Origin: Akkermansiaceae bacterium
GTDB lineage: Bacteria; Verrucomicrobiota; Verrucomicrobiia; Verrucomicrobiales; Akkermansiaceae
Direction of reading: 5' to 3'
Length of the DNA: 64,000 nucleotides
NCBI GenBank assembly: GCA_051251915.1
Contig: JBPOGF010000001.1
Coordinates: forward strand, 192,001 to 256,000
A program made the position numbers and the translations under genes. Below are positions 1 through 8,982 of the stretch, piece by piece (positions within the stretch are counted from its first letter, which is position 1; the number at the start of each line of letters is the position of its first letter). The notes below the pieces were generated by a model. That model worked only from the letters and a program-made list of their open reading frames with translations, was not told the origin of the DNA and made no database searches.

Positions 1-1
1 C

Positions 2-100
2 TTTTCATTTTCGCAGATCAAGGTGTCTCCCATACCTGAGCCGAGTTCTGGTTTGCTCGCTTTACTTGGTTGCGGCTACCTGTTGCGCAGAAATCGTTAG
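2..100 (+). CDS. 3' end of a PEP-CTERM sorting-domain protein (truncated by window edge)
   Basis: Frame 2 translates to FSFSQIKVSP-IPEPSSGLLALLGCGYLLRRNR*, a PEP motif followed by a TM segment and basic tail. Confidence 0.9.
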   Translation, partial: FSFSQIKVSPIPEPSSGLLALLGCGYLLRRNR

Positions 101-124
101 TGTAGTAGCGTATTGATAGTGAGT

Positions 125-344
125 TATTTGTTTACAGATGAAGTGTTAGGATTTCTTCCTAGGTTGTTGCGTCTAGCACAACACAGAAATGCTCTTTCTT
201 AGTAGACAACTTCTAATTTACACTACGCTTCATAACGTAGCGGTGGTTATTCTTGCCTCATCAGGGTTTATGTCGCCTTTAATAGCGGCGATTATCATGC
301 CTCTGAGCTCCCTAATAATCTTGTATTTAGTGAGTAGAAAGTGA
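125..344 (+). pseudogene. Frameshifted C-terminal remnant of a heavy-metal P1B-type ATPase (CcoI/CopA-like)
   Basis: YLFTDEVLGFLPRLLRLAQHRNAL, then a frameshift to LSRQLLIYTTLHNVAVVILASSGFMSPLIAAIIMPLSSLIILYLVSRK*; this resembles the YN...P..AA..M..SS last two helices of P1B ATPases. Confidence 0.65.
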
Positions 345-474
345 GACTTAACTTTTTTTTGTATTTTATAAGGTGTTGTTTGTAATTTTTTTTAAATAAA
401 TATTGATGTATGTTAATTATTCAGTTATATACATTAATTATAACGAAACTAACTCATGAAATTCCCCAAGGACC

Positions 475-1287
475 ATGAAACTACTATTAAAATTTTTAAC
501 ATTTGGTGTGTTTGCCACAAGCGTGCAGGCTGAAAGTGATTATTCAATTTCTTTTGCTAATTATCTTTCAGGAACGTCGTTTGACAGTCCCAATAGTTTT
601 GATGCTGGGGACTGGTATGATGGTCTAGATGGCTTGGTGTATTCTGACGTCATCCCTGATTCTGAGTTTGATGTAGGAGCTATATTAGTAGCTACGAGTG
701 TTTATACTCCACACACAGAATCTCTTAATGGTAACAACGGAGGAGACGATGCTTTCATTAACATGAAAAGAGACAATAGTGTGGACTTTTCTTTCACTTT
801 GTATGATACAGCAACAGGAAATATTGTGGATACTGATTTCTTTGGTGAGGACTTCAAGTATTCACTAGTGTTTTATGATCTGGACGGGTCTCCTACTGGG
901 GGACTTGAGCAGATTACTTCTTATGACCATTCAAGCTGGCAGAAGCTTGAGACAAGTATCATCGATGTGGTGGAGGATGGTAACACGGCAACCGCAACAA
1001 CTAACGGTTCAAATAATAATGTTCCAAACGCTTATGCTGAGACTACTAATCTGACGGAAGAACAACAGTCTGCCGCTATTGTGTTTGATTATGAGAATAA
1101 AGGTTCTATAGATTTGACCTATACAATTGTGGGGGGGGCTACAAACAACCAGAGGAATTTGTTTATTGATGCAGATGATTTTACAGTATTCACGCTACCT
1201 ACGGAGACATCAACTGTTCCTGAGCCCTCTTCAGCATTGCTCATAGGAATGAGTTCTTTATTTCTCATCTCTAGGAGAAAGAGGTAG
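475..1287 (+). CDS. PEP-CTERM sorting-domain surface protein (paralog 1)
   Basis: Signal peptide (..SVQA), acidic body, C-terminal VPEPSSALLIGMSSLFLISRRKR. Confidence 0.92.
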   Translation: MKLLLKFLTFGVFATSVQAESDYSISFANYLSGTSFDSPNSFDAGDWYDGLDGLVYSDVIPDSEFDVGAILVATSVYTPHTESLNGNNGGDDAFINMKRDNSVDFSFTLYDTATGNIVDTDFFGEDFKYSLVFYDLDGSPTGGLEQITSYDHSSWQKLETSIIDVVEDGNTATATTNGSNNNVPNAYAETTNLTEEQQSAAIVFDYENKGSIDLTYTIVGGATNNQRNLFIDADDFTVFTLPTETSTVPEPSSALLIGMSSLFLISRRKR

Positions 1288-1300
1288 ATTGGTTGTTATT

Positions 1301-1717
1301 CAGGGCTAACTCACTTTGTGGTGTTAAGTTTGAGGGAGGAGGTGAATAAGTTTTCATCAGAAAGTAGCGTGTGGACGTTTTGCTCTGATGGTGTTCTTAA
1401 TCGTTGTGTTTGCTTTGAGTGGATTGATAGCGAGCTTTCTAACTTTCTCAGTAAGGCAACATTCTGTGCTGCATTCGCTTTACGGATTCTTGATTCGTCT
1501 TCTTTCCATGCCACTTCTAGCAGCCTGTGACACTGGTTCTCAATACTCTAGTTCGCGGATCAGCTATATTTCCAAACTTTTCAATACTCTCAGGAAAATC
1601 ACCAGGATACTATTCAGAACTTGTTTTCTTAGACATCCAACCATGCTGAACCACCACATATAGAGAATCCGTCTAATCTGAATAAAATATTATACTACTT
1701 AAAGTGAGATAGTCTTG
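1301..1717 (-). mobile_element. Internally deleted ISAs1-family insertion sequence (417 bp, non-autonomous)
   Basis: Terminal inverted repeats cagggctaactcacttt (1301-1317) and aaagtgagatagtcttg (1701-1717) match 14/17. The minus strand carries a transposase N-terminus (..IEKFGNIADPR, ATG at 1636) joined to a C-terminus (SIENQCHRLLEVAWKEDESRIRKANAAQNVALLRK../LAINPLKANTTIKNTIRAKR). Confidence 0.85.
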
Positions 1718-1815
1718 AATATTTGTGTTTTTTTAAATAAATATTGATTTGTGTTAATTATTTAGTTATATACATTAAGTATAACGAAAATGATTTATAC
1801 AATCCCCCAATGGCC

Positions 1816-2628
1816 ATGAAACTACTATTAAAATTTTTAACATTTGGTGTGTTTGCCACAAGCGTGCAAGCGGAAAGTGATTATTCAATTTCTTTTGCTA
1901 ATTATCTTTCAGGAACGTCGTTTGACAGTCCCAATAGTTTTGATGCTGGGGACTGGTATGATGGTCTTAATGGTTTGGTGTATTCTGATGTCATTCCTGA
2001 TTCTGAGTTTAATGTAGGAGCAATCTTAGCAGCTACGAGTGTGTATTCCCCACTCAATGCCTCTATCAATGGTAACAACAATGGAGACGATGCTGTCATC
2101 AACATGAGGAGGGACCGTAGTGTGGACTTCACTTTCACTTTGTATGATACAGCAACAGGGAATATGGTTGATACTGATTTCTTTGGTGATGACTTCGAAT
2201 ATTCATTGGTATTTTATGATCTTGACGGGACTACTAGTGGGGGGCTTGAGCAGATTACTTCTTATGATCATTCAGGTTGGCAGAAGCTTGAGGCAAGTAT
2301 CATCGATGTGGAGGAGGATGGTAATGTGGCAACAGCAACTACTAATGGTTCAAATAATAATATTCCAAATGCCTTTTCAGCAACAACTGATCTAACGGAG
2401 GAGCAACAGACCGCGGCTATCGTTTTTGATTATAAGAACAAGGGAACTGTTGATTTGACCTATACGATTGTAGGGGGAGACTCAAATGTTCAGAGGAATT
2501 TGTCTATCGATGCTAATGACTTTAAAGTATTCACGCTACCTACGGAGACATCAACTGTTCCCGAGCCATCTTCCGCATTGCTGATAGGAATGAGTTCCTT
2601 ACTTCTAATCTCTAGGAGAAAGAGGTAG
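1816..2628 (+). CDS. PEP-CTERM sorting-domain surface protein (paralog 2)
   Basis: Same length as 475..1287 and highly similar when started at ATG 1816; C-terminal VPEPSSALLIGMSSLLLISRRKR. Confidence 0.92.
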   Translation: MKLLLKFLTFGVFATSVQAESDYSISFANYLSGTSFDSPNSFDAGDWYDGLNGLVYSDVIPDSEFNVGAILAATSVYSPLNASINGNNNGDDAVINMRRDRSVDFTFTLYDTATGNMVDTDFFGDDFEYSLVFYDLDGTTSGGLEQITSYDHSGWQKLEASIIDVEEDGNVATATTNGSNNNIPNAFSATTDLTEEQQTAAIVFDYKNKGTVDLTYTIVGGDSNVQRNLSIDANDFKVFTLPTETSTVPEPSSALLIGMSSLLLISRRKR

Positions 2629-2762
2629 AGTGGTTGTTAGTATTCTGAGGTAAATTGAGTTTACCTTTTTTTGTGTGAGCGCGTTGTATTCAGGAGATAT
2701 TGTCTATTTGGGTTGAAAGAAGTTGCTTGTAAATATTTCGAGATGTATAAGTAGAATAGCTT

Positions 2763-3716
2763 ATGGATAAGAAAGAGCAGCAGCAAAGAGAAACTCATGA
2801 TGAGCCGATGAAAACTCAGTTGTATGAATATTTACTTCATTCTGAGCTGTTTTCAATTTATCGCAAATCTTTTGAGAAAGTAACAGGACACACGATGGCG
2901 TTAATACATCCTGATGTAAACGAGACTCCTATTGCAGAGGTTGGTAGATGTGGGAATGCTTATTGTGCTATTTTATTAGCGAATGACATTTGTTCCAAAC
3001 GTTGTCTTGATCATACTCGGAAGTTAGCTTCGCGCGCTGTGGGGAGTTCAAGTACTGCGCAATGCTCGGCGAAGATGACTACTACGTTGATACCTGTGAA
3101 TTCACATGATAAAACGGTTGCTTATCTGCGCACAGGACAAGTGAAGGTGGATTTGCCAACAGTAGATTTTGCTAATTTAGATGAGATTCAGAAAAACTTA
3201 CCCCTGAGTGTGGGGGCTGACTTGGAAAAAGCTTATAATGGATTGACTAATATTGATGAGAAAAAATATTTAGATCATTTAGTCGTGTTAGGAGCCTTTG
3301 CTATGCAGTTGTCTTGTATTGCGGAGAAGGCGGTGGACCGGACACATAGTGACTCGATTTTGACGGATCGTTGTAAGCAATATATCACGGCGAATTTGTC
3401 TGAGAAGATCTGTTTGGATTCGCTTGCTGAGCATACAAAGGTGACGAATAGTTATATGTGTAAGCAGTTCAAGAAGCACACTGGGATGACTATTGTGGAG
3501 TATATAAATCTACATAGAATCGAGCTTGCTAAGCAGTTGTTGATTGAGCGTGATGGGGAGAAAATTATCAATATTGCGTATGAGTGTGGCTTTCAGTCAC
3601 TTTCGCAGTTTAACCGGACCTTCCAAAAATTTGTAGATAGCTCACCTACTGGTTATCGTAAGCGAGCGAGTGTTTGTGCTGCTGGGTCTTGTGATCCTAG
3701 GCGGATGAGAGCTTAG
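2763..3716 (+). CDS. AraC-family transcriptional regulator with PocR-type ligand-binding domain
   Basis: C-terminal double HTH (IAYECGFQSLSQFNRTFQK..SPTGYR); Cys-rich N-terminal sensor (YCAIL..CSKRC..QCSAKM..LRTGQV). Confidence 0.85.
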   Translation: MDKKEQQQRETHDEPMKTQLYEYLLHSELFSIYRKSFEKVTGHTMALIHPDVNETPIAEVGRCGNAYCAILLANDICSKRCLDHTRKLASRAVGSSSTAQCSAKMTTTLIPVNSHDKTVAYLRTGQVKVDLPTVDFANLDEIQKNLPLSVGADLEKAYNGLTNIDEKKYLDHLVVLGAFAMQLSCIAEKAVDRTHSDSILTDRCKQYITANLSEKICLDSLAEHTKVTNSYMCKQFKKHTGMTIVEYINLHRIELAKQLLIERDGEKIINIAYECGFQSLSQFNRTFQKFVDSSPTGYRKRASVCAAGSCDPRRMRA

Positions 3717-3731
3717 TTGAAATTTTGGGCT

Positions 3732-5894
3732 TTAATGGACTTTTAGTTCGTGAGCGTGGAGGAACCAGCGGCGTTTATCGCAGGCTTTTCCGAGGTAAGT
3801 TTTTGGGCATCGCTTGACGAGGGATTGGTAGTATTTGTCTGCGACTTGTGGGTCTGGTCTGGTCCAGTCGCCTGCTTGCCAGAGGAGTTTGGCGGCACGG
3901 TCGTCGTTTCTCGGGAGCAGGATGGCGGCGCGGTAGAGGAGGTCTGCGGCTAGTCTGTCTTTGGTAGAGACGGGTGAGATTCTTAGGTAGTTTTGCTGGA
4001 TGCGTTTAAGTTCATCTGGGGTGATCTTAGGGGTGAAGTCTTGGGCTTTAGGGAGTGGGCCATCGAAATATTCAGTCATGTCATAGTTCTCGTGCATTTT
4101 TCTGTTTGCTGCGGAGATTCTTAGGAATGGGCGGCAGTCGTTTTCTAGGTAGAAAAGTTCGTTGCCTTCTTTGCGAATGATCTGTGCGGAGGTGATGAAT
4201 GCTTGGGCCCGCATTTCTGCTGGTAGATCTTTATTGAGTGCGGCTCTGTAGTGGATGATGTATTTGTTGTAGGTTTGTAGGTGTTCTTCTAGTGCGAATT
4301 TTTTTGCGTCTTTGAAGTATTCATTGCGCATTAATTTGCGGGTGAGGAGGGCTTTAATAAATTCTGATTTCTGGGCGGTCTCGGAGTTTCTCACATAGTC
4401 TAATAGTTCTACTGGGCTGAGTAGGGTTTCAGCGATGTAGGCGGCGTCTGATTGGTTATTAGCTGTTAAGAAGAGGTCGAGAGCCTTGCCGTAATGTTTG
4501 AGTCCTAGTTCTACGCAGGCGTATTCTGAGTAGAGATTGAAATACCGAGTATTGGCAGTTTGACCTGTCTCTTGGTAGCTTCCATAGATATAAAAGTCGG
4601 TGTTCTCTGGATCTGCTCCTTCTGGTTTGATGCTTTCAGTGGTTTGTGAGTAAATGGTAGATGCCTTTTCGAGGTTCCCTTTTAGTGTGGCTAGTTTGGC
4701 CTGGAGCCAGAGTGACTCTGTGGTGGGTTTCTGCATCGAATTGAGGCAGAGTTGTAGTGCTTTCTCATCGTAGATAGCGTAGGCCGTGGTAGCACAGATA
4801 CCTAGTTCCTTGTCGATATTAGGTCGCTTAGAATTACGTAGTGCGTTGACCCAGAGGTTGAGTGTGATTTTAGACTGTTGGTCTACTTCAGGATTCTCGT
4901 TAGTGGGGTCATGATATCCAGGAGAGAGGAGGTTTGATATGAAATAGCTGAGAGCGACAGCGTGATCCTGATTTTTTGCGACTAGCTTGAAGATCTTGGA
5001 TGGATCTGCATGATGTTTATCGAGTGCCGTGTAGAAGACTTGTTTGATGTTTCTGGATGCTGTGATGGGGTCGGTGGTTTTCTCTCTTCCTTCTTTGATG
5101 TAGATGGTGAGGGCTGTGATGAAGTCATTGCTTTTGAGGGCGTAGAATGATGTCCAGTCTTTAGCGGTGACTTGGAGGGAGTCAGGGAATCCGTCTTTGG
5201 TGTATTGTTTGACTTTGGTGTACCATTGCATGGCTTCGCCGTCGGCTGTGGAGGTGCGGGCTAGCATCCAGGCTGCCCAGACGGTTTTGTATTTTCGCTC
5301 GTCTGCGGGGAGTGCTAGTAGGGATTTCCAGTGGGTGCGGGCTTGTTCTGGGAAGCCTTTTCTGTAGGAGATAGCGCCTTTTAGGTAGAGGGAAAATTCT
5401 TTAGGTATTGCCGCGAGGGTAGGTTTGTCTAGCCAGATTGTTTGGCGTTCATTTATTAGCTGGTCAGCTCGTTGGTCCCAAGCGCTGATGATCATGTCTG
5501 AGCGGATGGCGGAGTAGTTATCGAGTATTTTTTTAGGGAGTTTAGGGGCTGCTTTTTTGAGGTCGGCGATGTCTGTATTGTAGGTCGCCTGGAGCCTTTC
5601 GGGTAGACTAGCTAAGTTGATATGGTTAGCGGCGTTCTTTTTGTTGTTAGGGAACAGCAGGTCGACTCCGGTTGTGGGGTTCTCGATGATGGTAGATTTG
5701 TAATTGAGGAGTCGAGGGGCATAGTAGGGGCCGCATGCGATGAGGATGCCAATGCTTGCGATGGATGCTAGAAATGTAGGGGTAATACCACTCCGCAATG
5801 AAAAAGAGGCGAATGGGAATTTAAGGAATGATAAAAAATGGGCATTCGCCTCTTTTTCATTACTGCTTGGTATAAGTTTTTTTGAGGATTTCAT
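3732..5894 (-). CDS. Exported alpha-helical (TPR-like) hypothetical protein, partner of the DUF3142 gene
   Basis: 720-aa ORF; hydrophobic segment ending LIACGP (true start probably downstream of 5894); ..YLKGAISY..AAWMLAR..LWQAGDW..YYQSLVKRCP. Confidence 0.65.
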   Translation of the reverse strand: MKSSKKLIPSSNEKEANAHFLSFLKFPFASFSLRSGITPTFLASIASIGILIACGPYYAPRLLNYKSTIIENPTTGVDLLFPNNKKNAANHINLASLPERLQATYNTDIADLKKAAPKLPKKILDNYSAIRSDMIISAWDQRADQLINERQTIWLDKPTLAAIPKEFSLYLKGAISYRKGFPEQARTHWKSLLALPADERKYKTVWAAWMLARTSTADGEAMQWYTKVKQYTKDGFPDSLQVTAKDWTSFYALKSNDFITALTIYIKEGREKTTDPITASRNIKQVFYTALDKHHADPSKIFKLVAKNQDHAVALSYFISNLLSPGYHDPTNENPEVDQQSKITLNLWVNALRNSKRPNIDKELGICATTAYAIYDEKALQLCLNSMQKPTTESLWLQAKLATLKGNLEKASTIYSQTTESIKPEGADPENTDFYIYGSYQETGQTANTRYFNLYSEYACVELGLKHYGKALDLFLTANNQSDAAYIAETLLSPVELLDYVRNSETAQKSEFIKALLTRKLMRNEYFKDAKKFALEEHLQTYNKYIIHYRAALNKDLPAEMRAQAFITSAQIIRKEGNELFYLENDCRPFLRISAANRKMHENYDMTEYFDGPLPKAQDFTPKITPDELKRIQQNYLRISPVSTKDRLAADLLYRAAILLPRNDDRAAKLLWQAGDWTRPDPQVADKYYQSLVKRCPKTYLGKACDKRRWFLHAHELKVH

Positions 5895-7174
5895 GGGGTG
5901 GTGATTTCTAGGGGTAAGTTTTTTTCGGTGAATCTAAATGATCCTAGGTTGATGGTTTCTCCTGGAGCGATGGGGTAGGGCGAGTTGTGTTTCCACTGGA
6001 CGGTGATGCCTTTGCTGCGTTCGTTTTTCTGGGTGGAGTAGTGTTCTGTTAAATGGGAGGAGATGCAGAAGCCTTGCCAGTCGAGACGGATGGTTTCTGG
6101 CCAGTCGAGTCTTTGTGGGGTGTTGTTTGTGATGGTGAGGTGGTGGAGGCCGTCATCGGTGGGGGTGATTTTTAGATCGAGTTTGGCTGGTTCTGGTTGT
6201 TGGCCATGGCGGACTTTCTGGAGGGTGTCCCAGGTCCAGTTCATGCGGTCTGTGGTGACGGGTAGGCGGTACCAGATGATGCCTTGCATGAGTGCTGGGC
6301 GTTGGGTTTGCCATTCGCGGATGAGGTGGGAGAGCTGGGATGGGTCTGCGCTTGCTATTTCGTAGCGTAGTTTTTGGAATTTACCTTCTGAGGCGATGTT
6401 GTTGATTTTTCCATCGCTGCCGTAGCTGATGGCATGGCGATAGGTGGGGAGGGCTATGAGGTAGGGTTTGCCGAATTCTGCGCAGGCTAGGGCGGTTTTG
6501 TAGGCGTGGTCGGTGTTGCAGAGTGCTCTGCCTTCTCCGTGTCCTGAGACTCCGTGGACTTGCATGATGAAGCGGTCGGTCTGCTGGGCTAGGGTGGTGA
6601 ATTCTGGGTAGTTGAGCCAGTCTGGTAGGCAGGTGATTTCTAGGATTTTGTTAGGGAATTCTTGTTTGAGGTGGGTGAGGAGTTTGGTGTAGTCGGCGAG
6701 TTTTTGTGATGGGCAGTCGTAGTCGATCTGGATGGATTTGGCGGTGGGGGCGTAGAGGTGGAGGAGTTGGGTGATTTCTTGGAGGGCTGTATTTGGCCAG
6801 TGGGATTTGGCGGCGTTTGTGTGGATGCGGAAGGCTAGGGTGAATTCTCCGGGATGCTTGTTAGTGTGGTGGATGGGGGATTGGAATGGTTGGCAGGTCC
6901 ATTGTTGATTTTGGTAGGAGATTTCGGCGGCTAGGAAGACTGTGTTGCTGAACTCTGGGGTGCGGGTTTCGACGGCGTGGGTGACTGCGTCGGTCCAGAC
7001 TCGTTGCCAGACGTAGACTTCTTGGGGGATTTCACCGGTTGTGAACTCGATGGAGGTAAGTTTTTCATGGTCGCATGATGCACAGGTCAGCGAGAAAAAC
7101 GTGAACGTCACTAGAATTACCGCTAGGTATATGCAGTGAAATTTTCTCGATAGGTAGAGTAACGACGTGAACAT
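5891..7174 (-). CDS. DUF3142-domain protein (GH18-like fold suspected)
   Basis: Motifs YVWQRVWT, IQIDYDCP..KLADY, ITCLPDWL, MQVH, ALPTY, GIIWYRLPV..DRMNW. Confidence 0.75.
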   Translation of the reverse strand: MFTSLLYLSRKFHCIYLAVILVTFTFFSLTCASCDHEKLTSIEFTTGEIPQEVYVWQRVWTDAVTHAVETRTPEFSNTVFLAAEISYQNQQWTCQPFQSPIHHTNKHPGEFTLAFRIHTNAAKSHWPNTALQEITQLLHLYAPTAKSIQIDYDCPSQKLADYTKLLTHLKQEFPNKILEITCLPDWLNYPEFTTLAQQTDRFIMQVHGVSGHGEGRALCNTDHAYKTALACAEFGKPYLIALPTYRHAISYGSDGKINNIASEGKFQKLRYEIASADPSQLSHLIREWQTQRPALMQGIIWYRLPVTTDRMNWTWDTLQKVRHGQQPEPAKLDLKITPTDDGLHHLTITNNTPQRLDWPETIRLDWQGFCISSHLTEHYSTQKNERSKGITVQWKHNSPYPIAPGETINLGSFRFTEKNLPLEITTP

Positions 7175-7248
7175 ATTATGGATACGAGGTCCTTGTTCAG
7201 TGCCTTACACAAAAGATATTGGTTCTATATCCTTTTCTTAATTCTCTC

Positions 7249-7416
7249 CAAGCATTAGCTGGGTAGTTGGCTAAACACACAATGGCATCTGGATCCTGGC
7301 TTGCTCAACGGCTGGTAATGAGGCATATTAGCTCAGTGACACAAGCAAAAGCATGGTGTCATGAGAGCAAAGAAGGTGAGCGATGGGTAAAGAAACTGGA
7401 GAAGAAGAGCAGATAA
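7249..7416 (+). pseudogene. Possible C-terminal remnant of a RAYT/Y1-like transposase
   Basis: QALAG*LAKHTMASGSWLAQRLVMRHISSVTQA.. resembles the HTH tail (W(I/L)AxRLxM) of PVC-group REP-associated transposases; internal stop, no start. Confidence 0.4.
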
Positions 7417-7542
7417 ATAGAATTTTAAAGCATATGAAATTATGGATTATAGGACTGCTCCTTTTTTGAACATGCAGCTTAATAGTGAACAATATAATAT
7501 GAATTTTAAATCTGGGTGTAAAAATTCTTGTGATTAATTAAT

Positions 7543-8238
7543 ATGAAATTTTTTTTAACTATAGTAACGATAGTATTTTGTTTTATTCAAGCTTTGAAGT
7601 CACAGGAAAAAATAATAGCTAAAGATAAAACTCACGTTTTCAAAGTAATTGATTCTTATATACTCTTAATGCATAAGAAAGTCAAATTACCCAAATTTGT
7701 ATTGACTCTGCATGAAGCTCAAAACTTTATATCAGGAGGATATGGGTTTAATCATGGTGAAAATGTGGTTCGTATTAATTACCCTCAATTCTCAATATAC
7801 TACTATAATGGCAGCTATTATTTTTGTGGCAAAAGGTTCGCTACTGAAAATAATGACATCCTATATAAAGATGGCCATTTATGGAGTGATGGTAAAAAGA
7901 TCAAATATTTGGAGCATATAGTAAATGATCTAGAAAATTTGAAAGGTAAAACGAATGAAGATATAGATTTAACAAATAATAAATTCGATTGGGATGGTTA
8001 TATATTCAAAACCAAAACACAGGGTAAGCCAGTGTCGTTAAATCCTATCCCGCTTTCAAAAGGACGATTTTATTTTTCTGTATTTTGGATTTCTGGCGAA
8101 ATTAAAGATGGTAGTTTATATGTTTTTGGTAAGTATATATCAAAAGTGAAAGCAGAAATATTTTTAGATTTTTCATCAGATAAATTATATCTCGATAATA
8201 AGTTTATCTGTAATTTGAGTGAGATTATTAACAAATAA
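7543..8238 (+). CDS. Exported hypothetical protein, AT-rich
   Basis: 231-aa ORF with N-terminal signal peptide; much lower GC than its neighbours. Confidence 0.65.
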   Translation: MKFFLTIVTIVFCFIQALKSQEKIIAKDKTHVFKVIDSYILLMHKKVKLPKFVLTLHEAQNFISGGYGFNHGENVVRINYPQFSIYYYNGSYYFCGKRFATENNDILYKDGHLWSDGKKIKYLEHIVNDLENLKGKTNEDIDLTNNKFDWDGYIFKTKTQGKPVSLNPIPLSKGRFYFSVFWISGEIKDGSLYVFGKYISKVKAEIFLDFSSDKLYLDNKFICNLSEIINK

Positions 8239-8340
8239 AAAAGGGCAAAGGGGTCAGCAAATGTCTGTGAATGAAAAGCAAAAGTTATGAACCGAGCGCA
8301 TGGGTAACAGTAATGGGACTTTTGAACTTTAAACTATATA

Positions 8341-8559
8341 ATGAAATCAATATTGTACATATTAAATATATTAAAATATATTTCTTGGGTCGTGGGTGTT
8401 ACTACTATGATGGCTTATATGTTGTGTCGTTTCTTCGATATTCAGCTAGCTGATCGATTCTTCTTAATTTTTATGAATATGGCTGTTTCAGGCATAATAA
8501 TTGCAATTCCAATAAGCGGGTTATATGTTTATTTGCAAAAACTACACAAGAGTCAATAA
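8341..8559 (+). CDS. Small 2-TM hypothetical membrane protein, AT-rich
   Basis: 72-aa ORF with two hydrophobic segments. Confidence 0.5.
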   Translation: MKSILYILNILKYISWVVGVTTMMAYMLCRFFDIQLADRFFLIFMNMAVSGIIIAIPISGLYVYLQKLHKSQ

Positions 8560-8733
8560 GGGGAAATAAGCTGTTATCTGCCGAATTGTTGTCGGGTTGT
8601 TCGGGCGAATTGACGCCAGGGTGATTTGGGGTGTTTTTTTGCTGTTCTTCTACTTTGTTGTCGTGCTTTTTGGAGGCTTGGGGGTGGAACATTTTGCTCT
8701 GTGTTGCCTTTATTTGGGCTTGCTGGGGTTATG

Positions 8734-8885
8734 GGCTTGGGTTGATGGAGCATGAGGTTCACTTTCAGTGAACTTGTTTTTTGGTGATTTTATCCCAGCG
8801 ATGCGGCTTTGCCTTTCACTGGGCTGGTATGAGATTCTCCTTCAGAGAATGATGGAGGCTGAGGTTGATGGGGTGGTTGGATGGT
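8734..8885. repeat. Mosaic of the TTGGGTTGATGG linker and REP-like hairpins
   Basis: gggcttgggttgatggagc (8734-8752); hairpin gttcact-ttc-agtgaac (8757-8773); cccagcga...tcactggg-ctggtatg (8794-8831); gatggaggctgaggttgatgg. Confidence 0.55.
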
Positions 8886-8982
8886 GGATTTTTTTATGCA
8901 TGCCATATGCTCTAGATGAGGTGTGGTTTTCTGGATTTTATGATGATGAAGAGCTTGTTAGTTAGGGTTTCCGTGGAGCACC

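Noticed and set aside
1744..1815. N-terminal extension of PEP-CTERM paralog 2
   Set aside because: The region aligns with the non-coding upstream sequence of paralog 1; ATG 1816 gives an identical length and signal peptide.
475..2628. Diversity-generating retroelement template/variable repeat pair
   Set aside because: Both copies are full genes, the differences are not restricted to adenines, and no reverse transcriptase is present.
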